Origin: Lepidodermella squamata | Lineage: Eukaryota; Animalia; Gastrotricha | DNA length: 64,000 nucleotides | Assembly (NCBI GenBank): GCA_047495785.1 | Contig: JBLDXI010000043.1 | Span: forward strand, 124,001 to 188,000 | Direction of reading: 5' to 3' | In this document: one piece after another, positions 25,363-36,995 of the stretch | How positions within the stretch are numbered: position 1 is the first letter of the stretch | Layout: each line of letters begins with the position of its first letter | The notes under the pieces: model-generated | Databases searched by the model: none | What the model was told of the DNA's origin: nothing | The model's input: the letters and a program-made list of their open reading frames with translations, nothing else | Program-made: the position numbers and the translations under genes

Positions 25363-28247
25363 ATGGTCACAAGATTTGAATCGATTGATGAGTTCACCAA
25401 AATCAAGCGTCTGGGCAGCGGTGCTTTCGGATCGGTTTGGCAATGCAGGACTAACAACGACTTTGCCGACTACGCTGTTAAGGAGGTCAATCTAAGTGCG
25501 ATTCCTAGGATGTATCCCACGGACCAGGATATGGCTCGAAGACTTATCAATCTAAGCCGCGAAGAGGTTTCGTCATACATTCATTGCACAGCCCGGACGT
25601 AAATGTTTTCCATTTGTCTATCAGCACATCAAGTTGCAAAATTTGAGGCATCCTAACATTGTCGCAGTGCATGGTGCATTTGAAGGTTGGCAGTTGATGA
25701 GAATTCAGATTATTTTTTCAACAACAATTCCAGGACCTTTAAATGATATTGATGATACGAACCCACATAGGGACCAGTGGCTAATCGGTGATGCAATGTA
25801 CTACCTTGTGATGGATGTTTATCCCGGCGGGGATTTGGATGCTTATATCGAACGAGCTCAGCTGGAAAGTAGAGCTATTTCAGAAAATTTGCTTCGCGAT
25901 TGGTCTCAACAGCTAGTATCTGCCGTAGCTTGCCTGCATGCCTGTAGAGCCCTTCATCGCGATATCAAGCCAAAAAATATTCTACTGAGCGAAGATGGAA
26001 AAACTGTCAAGCTGGGTGATTTCGGATTCGTCAAAATCTATGGCGGGTATATACGTACTAAAGAGTTTAGCGGATGAAATTAGGATATGTCCGGTTCAAT
26101 TTCAGGTCTCCAAGCAGTACAACAATAGGACTGGGAACTAAGGAGTACGCTGCGCCTGAAATTTTTACCAATGTGCAGCACTCGCCGGCCAGTGATTGGT
26201 GGTCTCTTGGTGTCACTTTGCTAGAATTAGCTAATTGCCGCAGAACAGTATGCATATTTTTGTAATTAGTTAACTTGTAATTCTCATATCTTGCCATTTC
26301 AGACCACTCATGAAATTTTAGTGTAAGTTTGAAATCCCGCTTCACGAGCTAGCATGAGGATTATCCGCTTTTCTTAATTAGGCGTGGCGAGCATTTTAAA
26401 TTTTAACTGTTATTTATTTTTCCATAGGAGCTCTGAACCACCTAAATTTGACGAAAGCCGCAATTATTCGATGGAATTCCTCGACTTCATTCGATCAATG
26501 TTGGAAAAGGACATAAGATTGCGAGCTACTGCGAGCGACCTTATTTCCAGCTCTTTTTTAAATCGAAACCCAAATGTAATCGGATCGAACCATTCCCCGG
26601 CGATATCGACGGAATCTGCCGGCGATGAAATGAATCAGCAGGCCGATGTATTGACAGAAGACGGTGGGAATACACCCAGAGCCAACCCATTAGCTTCGGC
26701 TGTTCAAAATGAGTATGACTTCAATGAATTATTGATTTACTGATCAAGGATCTTTTAGCAGGTTGAGGTCTACTTTGAACGCGGATTCTAATCGCAGCGT
26801 TGATTTGCCAGTTCATACTTTTGAAGCAGAAGTTGACGATTCGCGAAGTGTAGGTTCAATGAGCACGGCGATGGATCAAAGATCAAGTCAGTGCGGAATA
26901 ATGTGAAATATGGCTTCTTCGATATTATTGTTATCTGGACATTGGAAGTTGGCTTATTCGTGAAGAAAAACGAAAACGAAGCACGTGTCACTAAAATTAG
27001 TTCCTATCTATCAGACTGTTTATTGTGATTAATATTCCAGGACATTCCAGGTTATCAGAAAATATCGCTACAAAAATAAATTGAATGCATAAATAATAAC
27101 GTATAATAGATATTTTCTGGAAAAATATCAAGGGATTTAACCCTTGCCAAAACTTTCATTCAGATTTTAGTGACATTTTCTATCTGAAACAATACTTACA
27201 GCCTTGATCAGCATCAATTTGGCCTTGTTTCTGGCCTCGTTATGTGCCTCGAATGGGAGAGAGGCTGTTCCCAATTGCACACTTCAGACTCGAGGTTTTA
27301 TTTCTATTTATGAAGTAATGAGTTGATGCAGTGAAAAAAACCACCATGTGTATTCCTATTGAAGGCAATATTCTGCAATGACCCATTCAGACCGGCTGAT
27401 CTGACTTTTTTGCTCCAGGTTATTCATTATGACACTCAAAAGAAACACGCAACCCCATTTGTCAGAATGGCAGAGAGAAAAGCATTGAATCAAATAATTC
27501 TCTGGCAATCAAAGCAACTTCTTATCAAATGCCAACGGCTGATCAAGAGCTCGTAATTTGCTTGATTTTCGAAATTATTGATTTTCACTTTTTCCCCAGG
27601 AATTTTTCGAAGCCTGCGCCCTAGGCGATGCGGATGTTGTTGGGCTTATGCTTTCTGGGCCTGCTGGTCAAAGCGATGCCTTGTCGCTGTTAGACGCAAG
27701 ATTCCACGAGGCACGGCATGGAAAAACAGAAATCTTAGACGAGGAATGGCAAAACAACGCTACGTGCCTCCATTTCGCATGTGTCCCAGTTACCGAGGTC
27801 ATTATCGAGCTGCTCCTCGCGACCAAACTACGTCTTGAATTGCAAAGGAGTGGCAATCAACGTGATAAAGCCATGGACAAACTGCGGCAGTTTGTAAATC
27901 GGCAGAATGGCGATGAATTAGCTGGGCTTTCCCCTCTTATGCTGGCGATAACCTGGGGCCATTTGCAATGCGCTAAGGCTCTTTGTGATTTCGCCTGTGA
28001 CGACGGAAAATCGACGCTAGCTGATATGAATTTGGTAGCAAGGGGGATGTATCGAGACAGAACAGCGCTACATTTTGCGGCGTACTGCGGCGAGGCAGCT
28101 ATGGTGGATCTTTTCCTTAATCGAGGCGCTGATCAAGTTAAGTTCGATGCGAATGGGCAGACGGCACTTCAAATCGCGGTTGAACACAAACGGCTGGAAG
28201 TTGTCAAGGTTTTCGAGAGATTTCCTAGTGGTGATAAAACAACTTGA
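25363..28247 (+). CDS. Multi-exon NEK-like kinase + linker exons + divergent ankyrin repeats (paralog 4)
   Basis: [21 protein letters not shown] and YAAPE with the same intron positions as the paralogs. Last exon has SPLMLAITWGH, TALHFAAYCG and TALQIAV. Linking the middle exons (26.7-27.6 kb) into one gene is tentative. Confidence 0.7.
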
Positions 28248-28577
28248 TTTTGGCTGAAATTCCCTTAGTATCACTGCATAAATAAATCTTTATTGTTCAA
28301 TATTAAATCTTGACTCGAGCTAAACATTAAACATAAAAACGGCGAATTCTGGTACGGGGTGGAAGCCTAGAAGGGAAAGAGCTTTCCGACTATCCCAGCT
28401 CTCAATCCATGCGGGCAATCAGGCAGCAAACTGACAAGAAAAACTTCAATTAGTCATACACATTGGCGGGTTTATTGGACTGCATACAAGTAATCAGATT
28501 TATAAATATGTGGTGGCAAAACATGAAACATAAAATTGTCCCAAAGTCCTGGAAATATTTGAGATTTTTGAAAATCC

Positions 28578-29392
28578 TCACAATTCGTCCTTTTTATCCT
28601 TTTTCGCAGCAGAAGCAGCTCGTTTCTTCTCGGCCTTGTAGAAGTGCGCTTGCTTCTTCGGGTCTAGCAAATCCACAATCTCCTCGCCGGATTTCCCGTT
28701 CCCAAGCGCCTCCAGCGAGTTCAAAATCGTGTTGATATAGATATTCTTGTGCAAATTGTCGTCATGCGTCTTGAACCACTCGGTGATTTCAGGCGTGAAA
28801 TAGTCCCAGAAATGCTGCATCCAACGATCGTCCGGCTTCACATTACCCGGCAGCTCTTTCAACACATTCTTCGCCCATCGATTGACGAGACCAATCGCAG
28901 CCGGGTAGAATTCGTCCTCCTCGCCAACCGCGAACGTCACCCCGGCCTTCATGTAATTCCGCCATGTTTGAACGATGGTTTTGAACAGTTTTGACGGCTG
29001 GCCGGGTCCGTCGACGAATTTCGACGCGCCCTTAGTCGGCAGCTGTTGTAGTTGGATATAGCGGTCGTGGAATCGAGCTTTCATTAAAGCCATCGATCGC
29101 CTAACATCAGCATTGGTATCCTCGCTGATACGACCAGCTTCCTCCTCAGAGTCGAGCAATTTCACGATTTTTTCAGTCATTTCTTGCCAGAAAACGTCGC
29201 GTAAGTTTCCGTCTATTTCCTCGTTTGCCATCGCTCGACGAGACCATTCATCGAGTAAATCGGCTAGTTTGCCCTTCAGCACTTGTTTGTTCTCGTTTTT
29301 GGCTCGCATTTGAGCCAACGGATGGTTGTTGACTCGAACTGCCATCAGATTGGTGATCAGATGGGTTTTGACAAGTCGGGCCCATTCCTTGA
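28578..29392 (-). pseudogene. 3' half of an ER-luminal (KDEL) protein gene interrupted by the 31.6-kb insertion
   Basis: Open frame ending KKDKKDEL-stop; joins in frame with 60977-61180 (...ESEEAT-L-KEWARL...). Confidence 0.85.
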
Positions 29393-32300
29393 TGGGGGCG
29401 CGACTCTGGGAGTTCCGAAGGAACGCCAGTTCCTTTACGCGTGTTTTACACATACGCCGTAGATTACCACGAACGAAGTGAGATTTCATCCCAACAGGGG
29501 GGCCCGAGAACGCGTTGGTTAACAGGACATACTCCGATCGACTTGCCCGATTTATGGTGGTATCCTGGACCCCTCAGGACCTCCCAGAAACTTTTTCAGC
29601 TCAATCGGACCTTCCGTTGATTTTCTAGAAATTAGGACGGTTTTTACCTATTTTACCGTATTTTTTAGTCACGTGACCTGGAATGGGTAGTATACGACAG
29701 GACAGTAGGAGGATATGATAGGTACACCAAAAAACAAACCACGCTGACCAAAGCTTCCGAGCCAGCTGACAGGCTGGCCCCTCGCCCCTGGGGGAGAGGG
29801 GCCCCACAATAGCCCGCGACAAAAGAGCAAACGACAAAAAGGCAATATAAATAAAAGTCAAGGTCGATTGAAAAAACCTGCGGCAAATTGTTTGTGCATT
29901 TTGCACATTAATCTATGGGTTTACCCGTAATCGACTACGGAGAATCCGAATATGAAATCCATTTTATTATAAAGCAATGATAACCCCATGATAATCCTTC
30001 CTAAAGTTTTCTGGCTCGCGCGGCTGCGTCGCACTCGCTGAAAGAGTTGCGTAACTTTCACCACCTAACGACGCCTCGCTGAGATATGAAACTTCGAACA
30101 AGCACAACAAGGTTTTTTCCAACATGTTCAAGCTGACAGCTAGAGTTTCGCAATACAGGTTAGTCCACAAATACAGAATACTACCTTTGAAAACCAACTT
30201 CTTTGCAATCACGGCGACATTTCATTTCTTGTGAACGATCAACAGAATCATACTTATTCGTCGTTATTCAGTCGGTATTCAGTTTTCTAACCATATTTTA
30301 TCTCATCGTTCTGGTCAAAATAACCAAATTCGCTCGGAAACCAAGTTTTTCCCACCCAAAATGGTCTTACAACAAGTCGAATATGTTCTTTACAAGGAAA
30401 TGTTTCACGTCATCAACAATTTTTTATGCTATTTACTTCAACCCTGCTTAATTTTTTACAAACATCAATCAAAACTTCCAAGTAAGATTCAACATGAAGT
30501 TCAACATTTCGCAAAATACGTTTCGAAGTACTTCGAAACTTCAACTTAAATTATATTATCCAACCTTCATGTGTTGTTCTTTGCGTTCTCGTCATCAGTG
30601 ACATCGATTCTACCAATTCATGTCATTCAATTGTTACCCTAATTTTTTTTACAACAAACTCTCGAAACTTCAAACTTTCAAAACATGGTCGTAGGTTCCA
30701 ACCCGATCTCTCCTTTTCTACTCTTCAATTTGTTCTTTAACCCTCACGCATTCGTTCTTTACGTTCTCGTCATCAGTGACATCGATTCTACTAATTCATG
30801 TCTTTCAATTGTTACCCTGATTGTTCTTTACAACAACCTCTCTAGACTTCGAAACTTCAACTTAAATTATATTATCCAACCTTCATGTTTTGTTCTTTGC
30901 GTTCTCGTCATCGGTGACATAGATTCTCCCAATTCATGTCTCGCAATTGTTACCCCGATTAATTATTACAACAACCTCTCGAAACTTCGAAACTTCAACT
31001 CAAACCTTCTTGTGTTCTTCTTTGCGTTCTACTTCTACCGTACCCTAATTTTGTTACCCTAATTGTTTTTACAACAAACAACAAACTGCAAGTTGGACAT
31101 TGCAAATTAAACACATTATACACATTAAAAAAGTCACATTATACCAAGGAATCCCTGCAAGCTTATACCAATCTGCAATAATTGGTTGAATTAAGATTCA
31201 TGTGATTCGCTGAAAGAGTTGCGTAACTTTCACCACCTAAAAACTTAAGACGCCTCGCTGAGATAAGAAACTTCCAACAAGAACTTCACAATAAGGTTTT
31301 TTCGAACATGTTCAACCTGACAGCGAGTGTGTTGCAATTCAGCTTATTCCACAAATTCACAATCCTCCATTGAAAACCAACTTGACTGAATCACCGCGAC
31401 GTTTGCTTTGTTGTAAACGATGAACAGAATCATACTTATTCGTCGTTATTCAGTCGGTTTTCTATGCGTATTTCATCTCAACGTTATGGTCAATGTGACC
31501 AATTTCGTCACCTAACGGTTTGTTTACTGCTCTCCAGGCCGACAGGAGATCATAAATTGACGATAGATACAAGAGAGCAAACGACAAAAGAGCAAGTCTT
31601 ATTACTGATAAGTTACTGTCCAAGGTCCAAGGTCGTGGGTACGAACCCAAGCTCCAAGCTCTCGTTTAACTGCTCTTCATGCTCTCGCTCTCTCAACCTC
31701 ATGTTGGCGATTTCTTCGTCACCGAGTTTAATTCAACTTATTCATGTCATTCAATTGTACTCTGATCAATTCTTTCAACAATGTTCCGAAACTGTGAAAC
31801 CTCGATAGGCAGCTCGAGGGTTCGAACCCAAGCTCTCGTTTAACCGCTCCCATGCTTTAGTTCTCAGCGTAGTCGTTATCATCGACATCGATTTAACTTG
31901 TGGATGTAATTCCATTGTACCCTGCTTAATTTGTTACTCAACTTTTTTTAAAATTTGAAATATCGAAGGAAGGTCATGGGTTCGTACCCAAGCTCATGTG
32001 AACCTTCAACATCACTCAAGCTCTGGTTTAGCTGCTCTCTAATGATATCTGTCATCCTTATACTTTTGGTCTCGGAATTATTTACTAGTGATGGTTAACT
32101 AGCGTGGTTAACAGGTAATCCGAAAACTGTTAAAAAGTACTCAAAATACGTGTAGACGACTCGGTATTAAGACGGTGTGTTCCTCTTTATTTTTATGAAA
32201 CGGTCGAAGGTTCGAATTCAACCTTTCGTTCAACTGCTTTGCGATGATTTCGTTCATTCCCAAGCTCTCATTCTCGGCATTAACGTCATTACCGACATCG

Positions 32301-35263
32301 ATTTAGTTTGCACTTGTCATTCAGTCGAACCCCGCTAAATTTTGCTCTCCAAGGAATTCTTTCATCCGTATGCTCTAGTTCTCGGCTTTTTGGTCAACAC
32401 CGACATCGAATTGCCTTTTGCCTTGTACATGGTAATCAATTGTACTCTGCTTACTTATTTATAAGAATTTGTAAGGAGCGGAGTGAAAACAAGAAGCTAT
32501 TTGCCAAGTATTGCCTTTATTAATAACGAGAATATTTAATAATACAAACTGAATCAATACAGAAACAAAGATGTTTATATATGTCCATGGAATAATCTGG
32601 AACATAGAAGGTTCCAGAACAGGAAAGTTCCAGAGCATGGAAGGTTCCAGAACATAGAATGTTCTAGATCCTCACAGAATTGTCTAAAAATTTGAAATCT
32701 CTGAGTTTGAACCCTCGCTCTCGTTAAACTGCTCTCCAACGAATTCTTTCATCTGTATGCTCTCCTTCACTGCGTTATCCTCACCGGGAACATGGATTCA
32801 ACTAATCCCAGTCATTCAATTGTACTTTGCTCAATGTTTTCAAAGAATTTTGTGAACAATTGAAATTTCAAAGTAACATCAAGGGTTCGAACCCAAGGTC
32901 ACGTTAAACTGCTCTCCTATGATTTCTGTCACCCTCGTGGTCTCGTTCTCGGCGTTTTCGTCATCCACGACATCGATTTGACTGTTATGGTCAAAGTAAC
33001 CAAATTCGTTCGCAAACCAAGCATCACCGTTGTAAATATTAGCTGAAAATATTTCAGTTCGAACGTGTAGACGACGAACATCCCATATCTTGCGTCACAC
33101 GCCGCGTTCACACGCGCATGATTGAGGTTGGAACATTTCTTCTGCCACTTTGAGGTCTTCGACTTTAAAATGATAACCCTACCAGCAATCCGTGCTAACG
33201 ATTCCGTCAGCCGGGAAAAGTTCATCTTTTTCGGACCTTCATCAGCAGGAACGATTACGTCTCATAAAAAACTAGTTGTTCCCTTCCACGGTCCCGTATA
33301 TTTCGCGTTGCAGAGATTGTGGATGTTCCCCAGCCAAAATTGAGCTTTAAAGTACAAGTTCCAAACTGCCGTATCGCGCGGGATAATCACTGCAAAGGTT
33401 TACCTGCCATTCTCGTTATCACTTCTAAATAAAGTAAAACAGTCTCGTATCAGTTTCGTTGATTTTCGATTTTCACTACATTTAAGGGAAATATATAGTT
33501 GGTGCTTGACGTACCGAAAAATGAGTGTGTAGTCTGATTCAATGTTAGGGTTCGTGTTGTTCGCTTTTAGAGCGGCGTCCTTTTCAAGCTTCACTTTCCG
33601 CCCCGTTCACTTTCAAAGGAAGGTCGAGGGTTCGAACCCAAGCTGTCGTTGAACTGCTCTCTAATGATTTCTGTCAACATGTTCTCGCTGTTGGCGATAT
33701 TTCGTCATCGACTTCAATTCAACTTCAATTCAATCCTTGTCATTCAATTGTAACCTCAACAATTTGTTTTTCTAGAAATGACCGAAACTTCGGATAGTCG
33801 TTGGTTCGAACCCAAACCCTCGTTCAACTGCTCAGCAACGATTTCTTTCATCCGTATGCTCTCAATCTTGGCGTTAACGTCGTTACCGAAATCGATTTAC
33901 CTTGTACATGTTATTCAATCGCACCCTGCTTGAATTATTATGACAATTTTTTGAAAATTTGAAAGTTAAAAGGTCGAGGTTTCGAACCCAAGCTTTTGTT
34001 GAACTGCTTTGTGATGATTTCGTTCACCTTCATGCAGCCAGAAGCTCTTGACGTCTAAATGCTGTCGTTTTCGGCGTCAACGTCATTACCGAGATCGATT
34101 TAGTTTGTACATATCATTCAATCGCTCCCTCCTTCAATTTTTATAACAATTTTCTGAAAATTTGGAATTTTAAAGGAACGGCAAGGGTTCGAACCCAAGC
34201 TGACGTTCAGCCGCTCTCCAAGGAATTCTTGCATCCGTATGCTCTCGTTCTCGGCGTTTTCGTCATCAGCAACATCGATTCAACTTATCCTTGTCATTCA
34301 ATTGTATCCTGATCAATTATTTTTAATTTGTTTACCAAAATTTGAAATTCAAAAAGAAGACCGATTGTTTGTTACAACAACCTCTCGAAACTTCGAAACT
34401 TCAGCTCAAACCTTCTTTTTTGTTCTTTTTGCGTTCTCGTCATCAGTGAGATCGATTCTACCAATTCATGTCATTCAATTGTTACCCCGATTAATTTTTA
34501 CAACAACCTCTCGAAACTTTGAAACTTCAGCTCAAACCTTCTTGTTTCGTTCTTTCCGTTCTCTTCATCAGTGAGATCGATTCTCCCAATTCATGTCATT
34601 CAATTGTTACCCCGATTAATTGTTACAACAACCTCTCAAAACTTCGAATCTTCAAAACATGGTCGTGGGTTCGAACCCGATCTCTCTTTTTTCTACTATT
34701 CAAACTGTTCTTTAACCTTAACGCATTCGTTCTTGGCGTTTTGGTCATCAGCTACATCGATTCTACTAATCCATGTCATTCAATTGTTAACCTGATTTTA
34801 CAACTTTGAAATTTTACATCTTCTCGAAATAACAATACATTAACAATAATAGGAATTTACAATCAGCTACATCGATTCTACTAATCCATGTCACTCAATT
34901 GTTAACCCGATTTTACAACATCTTCTCGAAACTTTGAAATTTTATGAAAGCGAATAAATGTTCAACTACTCTTTAACGTGCATTCTTCTCAAAATATTTT
35001 CCTAGCCATTCAATAATACGTTGGAAGGTTCCTGAGCGAACCCGAAATTACTGCTTATCTATCAAGACCTAATCCGAAGAACATTCTAATTTACAATTAA
35101 ATTTCAAATGTCATCAGCATTGGGGTGAGGGGGAAGCACCGTCCCCTCCAACGACGTGGAGGGGATCTCCAAGGGGTGGTTCGAGTCCTTACCCATTACC
35201 CAGGAGAGTAGAGAAAAGAAAGAAAAGGCTAGCGCAGCGTTAGCCTTGTGGAACTCTCCTGGA
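29393..35263 (+). mobile_element. Element A: 5.9-kb non-autonomous Helitron-like copy
   Basis: First ~570 bp match 35264-35845 and last ~190 bp match ~60793-60976. The interior is diverged satellite monomers plus a decayed accessory gene. Confidence 0.85.
33075..33605 (-). pseudogene. Decayed copy of the element's Cys-motif accessory gene
   Basis: GRKVKLEKDAALK...YTLIFR, intron, FAVIIPRD...YTGPWKG and ACDARYG align with 55680-56772 and 58247-59322; 5' truncated and frameshifted. Confidence 0.75.
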
Positions 35264-36557
35264 TGGGGGCGCGACTCTGGGAGTTCCGAAGGAACGCCAG
35301 TTCCTTTACAAATGTTTTACACATACGCCGTAGATTACCACGAACGAAGTGAGATTAACATCCTAAAAGGGGGTTCTGAAATCGAGTTGTCTACTTTCCA
35401 CAACTCCGGTGGACCTGGCCGATTTATGGTAGCATCCTGAACCCCTCAGGACCTCCCAGAAGTTTTTTCAGCTCAATCGGACCTTCCGTTGATTTTCTAG
35501 AAATTAGGACGGTTGTTTCCTATTTTACCGTATTTTTTGGTCACGTGACCGGGAATGGGTAGTATACGACAGGACAGTAGGAGGATATGATAGGTACACC
35601 AAAAAACCAACCACGCTATCCAGAGCGTCCAAGCCAGCCTACAGGCTGGCCCCTCGCCCTTGGGGGAGAGGGGCCGACAAGAGATCTACAATGGGAGATT
35701 GCGACAAAAGAGCAAACGACAAAGAGGCAAATTTATAAAAGTCAAGGTCGATTGAAAATAACCTGCGGCAAATAAATTGTGCATTATGCGTATAAAAATG
35801 CAGGTTTACCCGTAATCGACTACGGAGAATCCGAATATGACATTCATTTTGTTTTATAACAACGATAATTCCTTCATAATACGAAATTGCAACGGAAGGT
35901 CTAACCGAAGCTGTCATTTTACTCCTCTCCATCCTCAAGCTATCGGTCTCGGCGTTTTCGTCATCATTGACATCGATTCAACTTGTTAATGTCATTTGAA
36001 TTTACCTTTAAACATTTCTTAGACAAATTTCCAGGGTCAAAGGTCGCCGATTTTAACCTAAGGACTCGTTCAACTGCTCTGCAATGATTCCAAGCAAAGG
36101 TCATGGGTTCGAACCCAAACTCTGGTTTAGCTGCTTTTAATGATATATGCCAACGTTATGCTGTCGTTCTCGACGTTATCATCATTACCGACATCCATTT
36201 AGTTTGCACATGTCATTCAATCGAAGTTATCCGTGTGCTCTCGTTCTCAGCGTTATCCTTATCAGGAACATGCATTCAAATAATCCCAGTCATTCAATTG
36301 TACTTTGCTCAATGTACAGAATTTTGTGAAAAATTGAAATTTAAAAGTGTTCGAAAGTGAACCCAAGGTCACGTTAAACTGCTCTCCTATGATTTCTGTG
36401 ACCCTCATGGTCTCGTTCTATATATTTATTATTAATTTATTCGTTTATAATTAAATTTATTATTAATTTTTAAATTTCCAAAGGAAGGTCTTGGCTTTGA
36501 ACCCATTCGGCGAATTTTACTACGTAATCTATAACATAATGATTACGATAAGCCAAG

Positions 36558-36995
36558 TTACAAGGCGACGACAGGATATGACGGCATTCCCGAATGCATC
36601 GTCAAGATGGCCAAGCCCTCGATTGCTCGGCACCTCACAGTGCTCTTCAACTTGGCTATTCGAGATGGCGTATTTATTGACGATGCGAAAACGGCCATCG
36701 TTACGCCGCTGCATAAGTCCGGTTCTAAAGCTGAGCCTTGCAATTTCAGGCCAATTTCGGTCACCTCACCGCTGGCTCGTACATTTGAGCGCTGCCTGGC
36801 TACACAGCTGAAGGTCCATCTACGCACGATCAAATTCCTTACGTCAGCACAGCACGGGTTTCGACAATACCATTCGACTGACACTTGTGTGGCATCATTC
36901 ACGGAATGTTGGCGTCATTTGCTCGACAGTGGAAATGTAGTTGGAGCTATTTCGATAGATCTTTCGAAATCATTCGATACGCTGAATCTCGAGGG
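36558..36995 (+). mobile_element. Non-LTR retrotransposon (CR1/L2-like) reverse transcriptase fragment
   Basis: KATGYDGIP, TAIVTPLHK, NFRPISVTS, QHGFR and IDLSKSFD; truncated before the YADD motif. Confidence 0.85.

Noticed and set aside
28578-29489. 303-aa ORF as an element-encoded or stand-alone gene
   Set aside because: Only the first 32 codons are element-derived; the rest is the 3' half of the host KDEL gene.
29393-35845. LTR pair (29393-29960 and 35264-35845 direct repeats)
   Set aside because: No gag/pol, PBS, PPT or TSD; the repeats are the 5' ends of two tandem elements, each with its own matching 3' end.
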